NCBI GenBank assembly: GCA_963675665.1 | Contig: OY776510.1 | Span: 3,072,001-3,136,000, forward strand | From: Spirochaetia bacterium | GTDB taxonomy: Bacteria > Spirochaetota > Spirochaetia > UBA9216 | Length of the DNA: 64,000 nucleotides | Direction of reading: 5' to 3' | Shown: piece after piece, positions 9,684 through 19,337 of the stretch | Layout of the letters: each line of letters begins with the position of its first letter | Numbering within the stretch: the first letter of the stretch is position 1 | The notes under the pieces: generated by a model | Database searches by the model: none | What the model saw: the letters and a program-made list of their open reading frames with translations, nothing else | Told to the model about the DNA's origin: nothing | Program-made: the position numbers and the translations under genes

Positions 9684-11257
9684 TTACTCCTCGGTCCAGT
9701 CCAGGTAGTGAATATATGCTGCTCCGCCGCTGACGCCTCCTTCATCTTCGTAGGGCGCGCCGACAATAGCGTAATTGCCGTCTGCATTGACGGAAAAACC
9801 GAAATTGTCGCCTTCCTCAGCATCGAATGCAAAAATTTTCTCGCCTGAGTCCCAGGTGTTTGTTCCGGTTCGGTGAAACAGAACAACAGCTCCGGCGCTG
9901 GCTCCGGCGCTGTCGTTGCCCGGCGCGCTTATAAGAGCCCTGTCGCCCGCTATGGATACTTTTCTGCCGAAAAACTCTCCGGACTGGGCATTCGGCGCCG
10001 TAAGTTTATAACCGGCGTCCCAGGTTGTGGTATCTGTACGGCGAAAGATGTAGGCTGCGCCGGCATTTTCACCCATATCTTCATTACAATCTGCTCCGAC
10101 AACGGCATAGTCACCGTCTATGGCTACGTATGAGCCGAACTGGTTTTCGGCCCCGTCGATAACAGCCGAGGGCTCGGTAATCTTTATTCCCGAGTCCCAG
10201 GTATTGTTGTCGGTGTCGGTGCAATGAAAAAAATAGGCGGCACCTGCGCCTAAAAAGGGATACGGTCCTACAACGGCATAACTTCCGCTTATTGCAACTG
10301 AATTACCGAAAAGCTCATTTTCATAGGGTGCGGTCGACTTGATTTCTGTTCCGGCGTCCCAGATGTTTGAGGCCGTATCAGTACAATGAAAAATATAGGC
10401 GGAGCCTTCTCCAACATGGCTGTCATAATCACCTGTAGCCCCGATAATTGCATACTCCCCGTCGATATCAACCCTGTCGCCGAAATACTTGTTATTATTC
10501 GGATCAGAAGGAACAATTTTTGTGCCTGTGTCCCAGGTATTGCCGCCGGTACGTCTGAAGATATAGGCTGCGCCGCTGTCTGAACCTCCGCCGTTATCGT
10601 TGCGCCATGCGCCGACAATAATATAGTTTCCGTCGATTGCAACTGCAATTCCAAACTCGTCTTCTGCAGTCGGGTCAGTCGCAACAAGTCTTGTTGCTTC
10701 ACCCCAGCTGTTTGTTCCGGTTCGGTGAAAAACATAGGCGGCTCCCGCTTCGGTTGTAGCGCCGTAGTCTTCCTTGCTGGCTCCTACTACGGCGTAATCG
10801 CCGCTTACGTCGACGTAACGGCCGAAATTTGCGCCGTCAGCGGGGTTTTGCGACAGAAGTTTGATCATGTCGGGGTACCACTGGGCGTAGAGGGCAACAT
10901 CTTCAGTGCCCATGGAAAAGGTCTCACCAGGTTCATAGGAAATGCCGCTTCCGTTCGACGCTGTGTTCCATGATGAAAAAGTAAATCCGTCCCGGTCAAG
11001 GTTTCCCTCGTCAAGAACGGTGACTGAAGCATTTTCTTCGTAGGCGTTTGCGTCCAGGGGAACTGTGCCGCCGTCCGAATTATGACCCATATAGGTAACT
11101 GTAAAGGTCGGCGCTTCAGCGGTAAGCCCGAGATCGGAATTTATTTTCTGCTGGATTATATCTACAAATGAAGAGTTAAAGGTGCAGGCGGTAATAATAA
11201 CGGGTATTGCTGTCAGTATAAATACCTGAAAAACCAATTGTTTTTTTCTTTCTGCAT
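9684..11257 (-). CDS. Lipoprotein: conserved N-terminal tag + InlB B-repeat (Flg_new) domain + FG-GAP beta-propeller; 5' end frameshifted or TTG start at 11237
   Basis: Lipobox IITAC; GFTFSSWNTASNGSG...LYAQW; seven FG..VAIDGDYAVVGA...GAAYIF repeats; RBS-linked ATG at 11257 is 1 nt out of frame across an A7 run. Confidence 0.8.
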
Positions 11258-11273
11258 CTTTTCCCCTTTTAAA

Positions 11274-12764
11274 TCAGTCCCTGTAAAACCAGGATACGGA
11301 ATCTGCTCTGTTGCCGGTGACATAGGCATAGGCGCCGTCGGCGGTTACAGCTATCGAGTCCGCTTCGTCAATGTAATCACTGCTGACTTCACACATATAG
11401 GTCATTTCGCCGGTGCCTGCGTCAGTTGAAAGACAGGCCACATCGGTGTCTCCCGGCACGTATACTGTAGCGTCATCAGGCGATAAGGCAACGCAGGAGG
11501 CAAAATACATGCTGTCGTTTGAAACCCTGTGCATATACGAGAGCGCGCCGGTGCCGGTATTTCTTGAAAATGCTGCTGCGCCGCTACCGCCGGATGTTGT
11601 ATAGACATTATTCCCGTCCGCTGTAACAGCTGCAAACGTTATAGTATCAATATTTGAATTGGTTAATTCACCAACATATGAAAGGGCCCCGGTTCCGGAA
11701 TCTCTGTTAAACCAGGCAACTGTATCGGTATTAAATGCATAGACGTGCAGCCCGTCAGGCGAGACGGTAACGAATGAAAAGAATGTACTATATGTGTATT
11801 CTCCCGTGTAAGTAAGGGTCCCGGTATCAGTGTTCCTGGTAAACCAGGTTACCTTGTTGGCGCTTGAGCAAACCGCATAAACATGTTTGTTGTCCGGTGA
11901 AACCGCTACGGATCTTGTATTTACTATAGATTGATGCCAGAGTTTGTCTATATAGGTCAGGGCGCCGGTGTCGGTGTTCCTGGAAAACCAGGCTACCGAG
12001 CTTTTGTTAAACGAGGCAAGATAGATGTGCTTTCCGTCGGGGGCAATTGTAATCTGGTAGGGATAGCTCAGGTTATCGGAATCAACGTACCGGTCTGTAT
12101 AGGAAAGGGCCCCGGTATCAGCGTCTCTGGAAAACCAGGCAATCCCGGCGTCGCCTAACAGGCAGACATAAACATGCTTATTATCAGGCGAAAGGATAAT
12201 ATCGGTTGGAGAGTTTATTGTAGTTTCATCCGAATAGCTGCCGATATAAGAGAGCTCGCCGGGGTTATTTATTCCGGTAACCGAGAATATATAGTTCTTC
12301 TCATCAGTGTCGTTTGTTGTCACCATTACCGTTGCTGACTTGTTCCCGCTGGATAGGGGATCAAACCTTACTGTAAAGGTTGTTGAACCTGAAGGTGTAA
12401 CGGAGGCTGATGTTCCGTCGGTCAGATCAAAGTCAGCTGTATTCCCTGACGATAAAGATACGCTTTCGATAACAAGGTCGGCTGTTCCCGTGTTTTCGAT
12501 CGTAAAGGTTATTTCTCCGCTCGCGTAGCCCCCGTCGCCGTCGTTATGCATATGGCCGAAGCTGTATGTCCCCATGCCTGAAGCCAGTTCGGTTGAACCC
12601 TGCTTTACGGCAATTTCCGGTTCCGCAACCTCGTCGGTAATACCCAGATCGGTATTAATCTTGTCCTGGATCAAATCGACAAAGGACGACTCAAAGCTGC
12701 ATGACGCTGAGAAGGCTGTCAGGATTATAATTAATAATATTATTTTTCTATTTACATTTTTCAT
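11274..12764 (-). CDS. Lipoprotein: conserved N-terminal tag + choice-of-anchor D/ASH Ig-like domain + lactonase-like 7-bladed propeller
   Basis: Lipobox SASC; FTIENTGTADL...FTVRFDP...TNDTDE; repeats SPDNKHVY...WFSRDADTGALSY. Confidence 0.85.
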   Translation of the reverse strand: MKNVNRKIILLIIILTAFSASCSFESSFVDLIQDKINTDLGITDEVAEPEIAVKQGSTELASGMGTYSFGHMHNDGDGGYASGEITFTIENTGTADLVIESVSLSSGNTADFDLTDGTSASVTPSGSTTFTVRFDPLSSGNKSATVMVTTNDTDEKNYIFSVTGINNPGELSYIGSYSDETTINSPTDIILSPDNKHVYVCLLGDAGIAWFSRDADTGALSYTDRYVDSDNLSYPYQITIAPDGKHIYLASFNKSSVAWFSRNTDTGALTYIDKLWHQSIVNTRSVAVSPDNKHVYAVCSSANKVTWFTRNTDTGTLTYTGEYTYSTFFSFVTVSPDGLHVYAFNTDTVAWFNRDSGTGALSYVGELTNSNIDTITFAAVTADGNNVYTTSGGSGAAAFSRNTGTGALSYMHRVSNDSMYFASCVALSPDDATVYVPGDTDVACLSTDAGTGEMTYMCEVSSDYIDEADSIAVTADGAYAYVTGNRADSVSWFYRD

Positions 12765-12789
12765 TATGCCATATCCTGTTTTCTCCGGA

Positions 12790-14394
12790 TTACCTGAACC
12801 GATATACTATATTAAGATCATCGGAAGAACTCCCTGCGACGACTATCTTGCCGTCTGAATCCGTTGCTATTCCCGCGCCGGTAGCGGAGGTGCCGTCGTC
12901 GCAGACAAAAGCGCCGTCTGTACCGAAGGTCGGGTCGGAGGTCCCGTCGGGCAGGTACCTCCAGATTGCTATCCGCCCCGTATGTGATGCATCTACATCA
13001 ACCCTTCCTGTAACCAGGATGTTACCTGCGTTATCCAGACAGAGGCCGTAACCATAGTTAAACATGTAACCATAGCTGTACTCCAGGTATCCGTTTATGC
13101 CGAATGAGGTATCCAGTGAACCGTCATCATTCAGACGTAACAGAATCATATAGTAGTTACTGCCGTCATAGGCGTATCCTGTCACGAGGATTTTCCCGTT
13201 GGCATCAATGATGACGTCCTGACCGTAATTGCTGGTGTTTCCCAGTTCGGCACTGCCTAATATTACTGCGCCGGATGTTCCGAAGGTGCTGTCGGCTGTA
13301 CCGTCGTTTTTGTATCTCCAGACACCAAGGTTTCGCACTGCACCGGAATAAATATATCCGGTTACAACAATATTATTCTCTTCGTCAAGGGTAACCGCAG
13401 AACCCCAATCGTTTTCGCCGTGGTCTATTGTGACGGTGCCGTCGTCATCAAAGGATGTATTTTCTGAACCGTCGTCGTTGTATCGTTGGATTAAAATGTC
13501 GTCGTCGGAAACAGGCCTTGTATAACCGGCAACTACAATCTTGCCGCTGTCGTCGATAACAATGCCGTTTGCAACGTCTGAATCGTTGGTTACGTCACCT
13601 TCGTAGTTAACCATAGAAAATGATGAGTCTGTATTCCCGTTTTCCAGATAGCGCCAGATAGCCAGATCAACAAAACCTGCTCCATCTCCGGTTTTCCCTG
13701 CAATTAAAATATTATTGCTGCCGTCGGTAGTTATATCGCAACCTTCAACAGGATCAGTGCCTGAAGAGCTGATTATTCCGTCGGTATTGAAGGTCTGGTC
13801 AAGACTACCGTTGCTGTTATAACGGCAGGAGTACATGTCCATTTCTCCACCCATAAGTGTATCGGCCCAACCGGTTACAAGGATTCTGCCCTCAGTATCG
13901 AAATGGACAGCATTCCATCCTCCCTGGCTCAGGCTCTGGCCTTTTAATTCCTGGCGAACGTAGCCCAGCGTATTGAAGTCGGTATCGATTTCACCCTTCG
14001 GGAGCACCAGGAACTCGCATGTTGCTGAAAATTCCCCGTCGGAGGTTGTCGCGGTAATGGTTGCGCTTCCAGGTCCGGTGCCGGTCACAAGGCCCGTATC
14101 GCTGACTGCGGCTTTGTTCCCGTCGTTGCTGGACCAGTTGACGACCTGGTTTGTTGCATTGGCGGGTTCAAAAACTGCCGTCAGCTGCTGTGTATACCCC
14201 GAGGTGACTGTAATATCAGATTTGTCGAGAGTGATGCCGGTTGCAGCCACATTACCTGCAATCCCAAGGTCGGTATTAATCTTGTCCTGGATAAGATCGA
14301 CAAAGGACGACTCAAAGCTGCAGGAGAATATCAGAAATACAAACGGTATGACGGTAAATGAGATTGACGCTGATAAAAAAAGTTTTTTTCTCAT
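12790..14394 (-). CDS. Lipoprotein: conserved N-terminal tag + Big_2 Ig-like domain + delta-60 repeat propeller
   Basis: Lipobox IFSC; QLTAVFEPANATNQVVNWSS...ATITATTSDG; repeats DGKILVTG...RYNDDGSLDTSFG; ATG 14394 overlaps upstream TGA (ATGA). Confidence 0.85.
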   Translation of the reverse strand: MRKKLFLSASISFTVIPFVFLIFSCSFESSFVDLIQDKINTDLGIAGNVAATGITLDKSDITVTSGYTQQLTAVFEPANATNQVVNWSSNDGNKAAVSDTGLVTGTGPGSATITATTSDGEFSATCEFLVLPKGEIDTDFNTLGYVRQELKGQSLSQGGWNAVHFDTEGRILVTGWADTLMGGEMDMYSCRYNSNGSLDQTFNTDGIISSSGTDPVEGCDITTDGSNNILIAGKTGDGAGFVDLAIWRYLENGNTDSSFSMVNYEGDVTNDSDVANGIVIDDSGKIVVAGYTRPVSDDDILIQRYNDDGSENTSFDDDGTVTIDHGENDWGSAVTLDEENNIVVTGYIYSGAVRNLGVWRYKNDGTADSTFGTSGAVILGSAELGNTSNYGQDVIIDANGKILVTGYAYDGSNYYMILLRLNDDGSLDTSFGINGYLEYSYGYMFNYGYGLCLDNAGNILVTGRVDVDASHTGRIAIWRYLPDGTSDPTFGTDGAFVCDDGTSATGAGIATDSDGKIVVAGSSSDDLNIVYRFR

Positions 14395-16505
14395 TCTTCT
14401 TCTTCCCATAAAACCGTATCGCGGAGTCCTGCTGTATCGGCCGCCCTTACGGCTTCTTCGCCCCTCAGGTCAAGATACGCAAACTGTGATGCCGTTTCGG
14501 GGGAAAGAATTTTTAACCGTTCGTATGTTTCCCCTACCATGCCGTAGTTTTCAAGTTCATGATTGCAGCGTGAAATACCCAGCAGGGCGGTTTTATCTTC
14601 GCTGTTAACAGCAAGCGCCTGCTGATAATACCCGAGCGCCTGTTTAAAATCATCCTGGATGAAATAAATATTTCCAAGGTTATTTAATGACGGTCTGTAT
14701 TTTACAGTGCTGATGATTTTCTTAAAAAGATCGGCCGCGCGATCGTATAGACCGTAGCGGGCGTATAAAACAGCCAGTCTGTTCTGCAGCTTGTATTTTG
14801 TATTGCTTTGCTCGATCTTTGCCTGCAACTGGGCCGTCTGGGGGTAAATTTCCTGCTCAATGTGCCTGGAGAGGGTATTTTTAAAGGAATCTTGTACCTT
14901 ATCCTTGTCCGGAAGGTTGATAGCAACAGAGCTTTCACTGAAACCGACGGCCTGATAGGTCTTCCATGATTCCCTGGTAGGGTAGAGTACGGCCTGTTCC
15001 TTCGATGCGTTCTCGCGCCACTCCTTTGCCCCGGACTGCCAGGCATTTCTGAAATTGTCCTGGAACATCGTGATCTCAACCGGGACCCATGCCTTGTTTT
15101 CGCGGAAGATAAGTTCGTCCGACCGGCTGAAGACGTTCCGCGCCTCGTCAGGACCTGTTTTCAGCGCAAATGCGGTGTAAATATGACCCGGAATGGTTAT
15201 GACTGCAGTCTCAACGCCTACTGCCTCAAGCAGAGCTGTGTACAAGGCGGAAAGATCATCGCAGTCGCCGTTGGTGTATTCCAGGGTCTGCCTTGGAAAC
15301 TGGAGAAAATCAACAACTGTTGTCTCCTGTGATAATTCGGAAAAAGGAGTAGAAGGATCAATTTCATATTGTATCCCGTAGATTTGTATCGCGTTAAACA
15401 GCGCCATTGCCTTTTGTAAATTCTCATCCACAGCAGGATTCTCTACTTCATGCATCCAGCTCATAACGTTCTTTGAGAAACTCAGCACAATAGGGTCTTT
15501 TGCGGTAATAAATGATGATATCTTTCGATCGTCGTCCCAAACCAGGGCGTTACGGTTATGAAACTCAAGCACGGGGTTATACTCGGCCGAATAGAGTTGA
15601 CCGTCCAGAGTATACGAAACAGTGATCTTTGTGGAAGCCTTGGTGCCTTCGGTAATATCCATAAGATCTTCGGTAAAGAGTCCCAGAAGATTTATTACAG
15701 TTTCTTCTCTCGGTTCCAGGTTAAAGCTCGCGCCGCTTTCCATCGGGTTGTCCATATAGCGTTCAACATAGAATTTTATCTTTATGTCCTTTACCGGCTT
15801 TTTCTCATGATTAACAACCCTTGCAGTTCCTACAGGATTATTATCGTAGTATTTGTAGAGGACCGGAAAAAGCTGGTTGAGAGTAATATCCTGAAGGCCT
15901 ATGCCCCTTCCGTCTTCAAGGGTCTGCGGCTGCATTCCGCCGGGCATGAATGATGTGCCGGAAGATGATTTTACGGGAACATCCATCTTCAGCAACAGGC
16001 TGAAATTGATTCCATTATAAAGATTTTTCATGAAATCATATGAAGTGCCGATTCCGAGAGAAAACGGTCCGGCAAGTTTAAACGTTCCTGCCGCGCTGGT
16101 TTTTATATAAAAGTCTCCGCCGTTCCCGTCGCCTGCGTCCCAGCCGACAGGGTTCCAGGAATAATAACCGAAATTACCGAAAATATTCAAACCGAAGCGA
16201 TTGCCAAGAGGAAAGTTGATAACAGGTCCGGCCCCGAAGCCGAGCGTTCTGATTGAATCCGCCGTCTCAAGCGGAAGAACGGTGAAGTCTCCGCCTATAC
16301 CCAGGCCGAAATATTTTAAGAATGAGGGAATAAAAAAGGCTTCAACTTCAGCGCCGGCCCCCATTTTAAATAATGCGGTACTGCTGGCACCGAGAGGGAC
16401 AGCTCCGTGGGGAACAACATTAATCGACAAAATATTTTCCTGCTGACTGAAAACCACGGGGGCTACAAGTATCAAAACAAACAATATTGCTATAAACTTT
16501 TTCAT
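14391..16505 (-). CDS. Outer-membrane beta-barrel + Ig-like + transglutaminase-like (Cys/His/acid) + TPR protein
   Basis: Signal peptide; ~160 aa of amphipathic Gly/aromatic strands; GDCDDLS, PGHIY, WVPVEIT; TPR (SLNNLGNIYFIQDDFKQALGYYQQAL); start ATG 16505 behind aggag. Confidence 0.75.
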   Translation of the reverse strand: MKKFIAILFVLILVAPVVFSQQENILSINVVPHGAVPLGASSTALFKMGAGAEVEAFFIPSFLKYFGLGIGGDFTVLPLETADSIRTLGFGAGPVINFPLGNRFGLNIFGNFGYYSWNPVGWDAGDGNGGDFYIKTSAAGTFKLAGPFSLGIGTSYDFMKNLYNGINFSLLLKMDVPVKSSSGTSFMPGGMQPQTLEDGRGIGLQDITLNQLFPVLYKYYDNNPVGTARVVNHEKKPVKDIKIKFYVERYMDNPMESGASFNLEPREETVINLLGLFTEDLMDITEGTKASTKITVSYTLDGQLYSAEYNPVLEFHNRNALVWDDDRKISSFITAKDPIVLSFSKNVMSWMHEVENPAVDENLQKAMALFNAIQIYGIQYEIDPSTPFSELSQETTVVDFLQFPRQTLEYTNGDCDDLSALYTALLEAVGVETAVITIPGHIYTAFALKTGPDEARNVFSRSDELIFRENKAWVPVEITMFQDNFRNAWQSGAKEWRENASKEQAVLYPTRESWKTYQAVGFSESSVAINLPDKDKVQDSFKNTLSRHIEQEIYPQTAQLQAKIEQSNTKYKLQNRLAVLYARYGLYDRAADLFKKIISTVKYRPSLNNLGNIYFIQDDFKQALGYYQQALAVNSEDKTALLGISRCNHELENYGMVGETYERLKILSPETASQFAYLDLRGEEAVRAADTAGLRDTVLWEEEE

Positions 16506-16546
16506 TATTTCTCTCCTAATGCAGCGTGAAAATAAGCTTTGCTGAT

Positions 16547-16555
16547 ATTGTAACA
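16547..16555 (-). promoter_or_regulatory. Putative extended -10 promoter of the transglutaminase/lipoprotein operon
   Basis: TGtTACAAT on minus strand about 40 nt upstream of the start; small palindrome ggcat-acttc-atgcc at 16564-16578. Confidence 0.35.
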
Positions 16556-16663
16556 TCTATTTCGGCATACTTCATGCCATATTTATATAAAGAGTAATAT
16601 TTTATCTAAAGAGATTTACATTTGTATAGGTAAATTAAATTAAAGCCCTGCAGATAACGGGGC

Positions 16664-17971
16664 TTATCCCTTAAGCTCTTTTATTTTATTAACAGCCTCT
16701 TCAAGAGAAATCATATCATAGTTTTCCCTGGCGTTGAGATCTTTCAGATTGATCTTGCCGGCTTGGTATTCTTCTTCGCCGCAGATTACTGCAAAAGGAA
16801 TGTTCTTGCGTTCTGCAAAATTAAACTGGTTTTTCATTTTCCTGTTTTCAAGGAAAATTTCACAGTTCAGGCCGGCTTCGCGAAGTTTGGATGCAAGGCT
16901 GAAATAGTGTCCCTTCAGATTGTCGTCCATGTTGATGACAAGCACATCGGTAAGGCTCTTTCTTGGGGAAGATACGCCGAGCTCTTCAAGGGCCGCCATA
17001 AGACGGTCGAGACCGATTGAAGATCCTACCCCCGGCATTTCGGTTTTTGAATAGATGGACGCCAGATTGTTATATCGTCCGCCCGAGCAGACTGAGCCGA
17101 TGCCCGGCAGGGCATCAAGGAAGGTTTCGTATACTATGCCGGTGTAATAATCAAGGCCGCGTGTTATTGAGGGGTTGAGCACGAACAGTTCATCAATTCC
17201 GCATTCAACCATCATTGAACGTACAACTCTTAAACGTTCGCTGCCTGCCGACGAACCGCCGGAAAGGGATTCTATACGGTCGAGAATTTCATCAAAGCCG
17301 CCTTCGGCGCTGATATATTCAAGAATCCTGCCGGCCTTTTCCGGGTCGGAGATTTCTTCCAGCATTTCGCGGACATTGTCTTCTCCGACCTTTCCCAGCT
17401 TGTCTACAATTCTCAAAACCTCCGCCGAGTTGTCGGAAATGCCGAGGTGATCGAGAAAAGTGTTGAATATGCCGCGGTGCGACAGGTGGATATGGATATC
17501 GGGCACGCCCATTGCGGCCATTGATGCGTGCATTATCGAAAGTATTTCAAAATCGGCTTCAGGGCTGTCCACGCCGACAATGTCAAAATCGCACTGGGTA
17601 AACTCGCGGTATCTTCCGCGCTGGGTGTTTTCGCCGCGCCAGACCTTTGAAATATGGTAGCGCTTGAAAGGCAGGTAGAGTTCGTTTATATGGGCTGCCA
17701 TGAACCTGGCGAAAGGAACGGTAAGATCAAAACGCATTGCAACATCGCGTCCTCCGTGGTCTTCAAAACGGTAAATCTGTTTGTCTGTTTCGCCGCTGCC
17801 TTTTCCGAGCAGAACATCAGTGTATTCGAGAACAGGCGTGTCTATCGGGACCATTCCGAACGATTTAAAGGTCTGCTCAAGAACAGACTGGATATCTTTG
17901 CGGGAGATCTCGGTTTCGGGCAGAAAATCCCTGAATCCCTTTAAAACTTTCGGTTGTACAAGCTCAGCCAT
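16664..17971 (-). CDS. hisS: Histidine--tRNA ligase
   Basis: KGFRDFLP, RFDLTVPFAR, WRGENTQRGRYREFTQCDFD, RGLDYYTG, GGRY. Confidence 0.97.
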   Translation of the reverse strand: MAELVQPKVLKGFRDFLPETEISRKDIQSVLEQTFKSFGMVPIDTPVLEYTDVLLGKGSGETDKQIYRFEDHGGRDVAMRFDLTVPFARFMAAHINELYLPFKRYHISKVWRGENTQRGRYREFTQCDFDIVGVDSPEADFEILSIMHASMAAMGVPDIHIHLSHRGIFNTFLDHLGISDNSAEVLRIVDKLGKVGEDNVREMLEEISDPEKAGRILEYISAEGGFDEILDRIESLSGGSSAGSERLRVVRSMMVECGIDELFVLNPSITRGLDYYTGIVYETFLDALPGIGSVCSGGRYNNLASIYSKTEMPGVGSSIGLDRLMAALEELGVSSPRKSLTDVLVINMDDNLKGHYFSLASKLREAGLNCEIFLENRKMKNQFNFAERKNIPFAVICGEEEYQAGKINLKDLNARENYDMISLEEAVNKIKELKG

Positions 17972-18133
17972 GCTAACTCCTATAAAAACTTACACCAGGG
18001 AAGGTGTTTATTACGTGCAGATTTTAATAAAAAAAAGGCAAGTATTCAACCAGCGGTAATTTGGTAAAAACATACTTGCAATTTATGGATAATCGAATTA
18101 TAAATTTAACAATAATATGACACGGAATTCAAT

Positions 18134-19246
18134 TTGCTGATAAGATACGGAACTAATGAAAAAGGAAAACGCGTAAAGATTGCAAATATCTATACCGTAG
18201 ATGAGCATGGTATAACAACCGGAAAAATCGACAGCGAGGCCCTTAAGATAATAAAAAAACTGAGGCATGCCGGCTTTAATGCTTATGTTGTAGGCGGAGC
18301 TGTCCGTGATCTGCTTTTGGATAAAAAACCCAAGGATTTTGATATTGTAACGGATGCTCATCCGCGTCAGATAAGAAAGTTATTCTGGAACGCGAAGATA
18401 ATAGGAAGAAGATTTCGGCTTGTCCATATCCATTTTGAAAATAAAATAATAGAGGTTTCGACTTTCAGGGGGCTTACGCCTGGAGATGAACAGAATACTT
18501 TCGGGACTATTGAGGATGATGTAAAACGCAGGGATTTTTCATTTAATGCATTATATTATCAACCTGTTGAAGAACAGTTAATCGACTACATAGGCGGCTT
18601 CGAGGATGTCAGGCAGGCAAGAATAAGATCCATGATACCGCTTGATGTAACTTTTAAGGAAGATCCCGTACGCCTGATTCGTACGGTTAAGTATGCTGCT
18701 ACAACCGGGTTCGTTTTACCGGGCAAAATAAAAAAAGCTTTGAAGAAATATGCACCGGAACTCGGGAGAGCGGCAGTATCCAGATTAACCGAGGAGTTGA
18801 TGAAGATTCTGTCATCAGGGAACTCAGTGCAGATTTTCAATTACTGTATTGAATATAACATGCTTAAATATATTGTTCCGGGGATCAGTGAACGGAAGAA
18901 TGAAGAGATGATGAATAGCCTGGAAAAGCTCGACAGCGAGATCTCTTTGAAAGGCAGTGTTAAACGTGAATATATGATTTATTCGCTGACACGCAGCTTT
19001 CTTGAACCTCCGACAAATTTAATGATAAAAACAAAGACAGCATTTCGTGAAGTTTTCAAGGCAATGAAAGAGGTTATTGCCCCGCTTACGCCGCCGAATA
19101 TTGAGATTGAAAAAGCGGTTGTTCTGTATTTCAGGGAACTGGGAATTACGGTAAAAATACCGAATGCACACAACCCCAGACAACGCAGAACTAACAGAAG
19201 AAGGCCCAGAAGTCCCAAAAAAAGCAGACCGACAACATCGGGTTAA
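18134..19246 (+). CDS. pcnB: Poly(A) polymerase I
   Basis: VGGAVRDLL, DFD, PAP signature IIGRRFRLVHI, RRDF, EDPVR; basic C-tail. Confidence 0.88.
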   Translation: MLIRYGTNEKGKRVKIANIYTVDEHGITTGKIDSEALKIIKKLRHAGFNAYVVGGAVRDLLLDKKPKDFDIVTDAHPRQIRKLFWNAKIIGRRFRLVHIHFENKIIEVSTFRGLTPGDEQNTFGTIEDDVKRRDFSFNALYYQPVEEQLIDYIGGFEDVRQARIRSMIPLDVTFKEDPVRLIRTVKYAATTGFVLPGKIKKALKKYAPELGRAAVSRLTEELMKILSSGNSVQIFNYCIEYNMLKYIVPGISERKNEEMMNSLEKLDSEISLKGSVKREYMIYSLTRSFLEPPTNLMIKTKTAFREVFKAMKEVIAPLTPPNIEIEKAVVLYFRELGITVKIPNAHNPRQRRTNRRRPRSPKKSRPTTSG

Positions 19247-19290
19247 GAAAAAAATAAACGGTTATATTAATCCGGTTGTGAAAATATGAA

Positions 19291-19329
19291 AGGGGCTGTA
19301 CGGCTATTGCCGAACTGCCCCTGTTTTTT
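19291..19329 (+). terminator. Intrinsic terminator after pcnB, probably bidirectional
   Basis: aggggc..cggc-tatt-gccg..gcccct followed by gtttttt. Confidence 0.65.
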
Positions 19330-19337
19330 GAGTGTTG

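Noticed and set aside
11238-11276. TGA readthrough or selenocysteine fusion of the two in-frame lipoprotein genes
   Set aside because: The downstream gene has its own RBS, signal peptide and tag; no SECIS-like hairpin seen; in-frame spacing has a one-in-three chance.
9684-14394. DGR or invertible-cassette explanation for the repeated lipoprotein segments
   Set aside because: No reverse transcriptase or recombinase; copies are direct, in frame, and differ at synonymous rather than adenine-specific positions.
13973-14608. 211-aa + strand ORF and similar short antisense ORFs across the window
   Set aside because: They overlap well-supported genes on the opposite strand and have no recognisable motifs.
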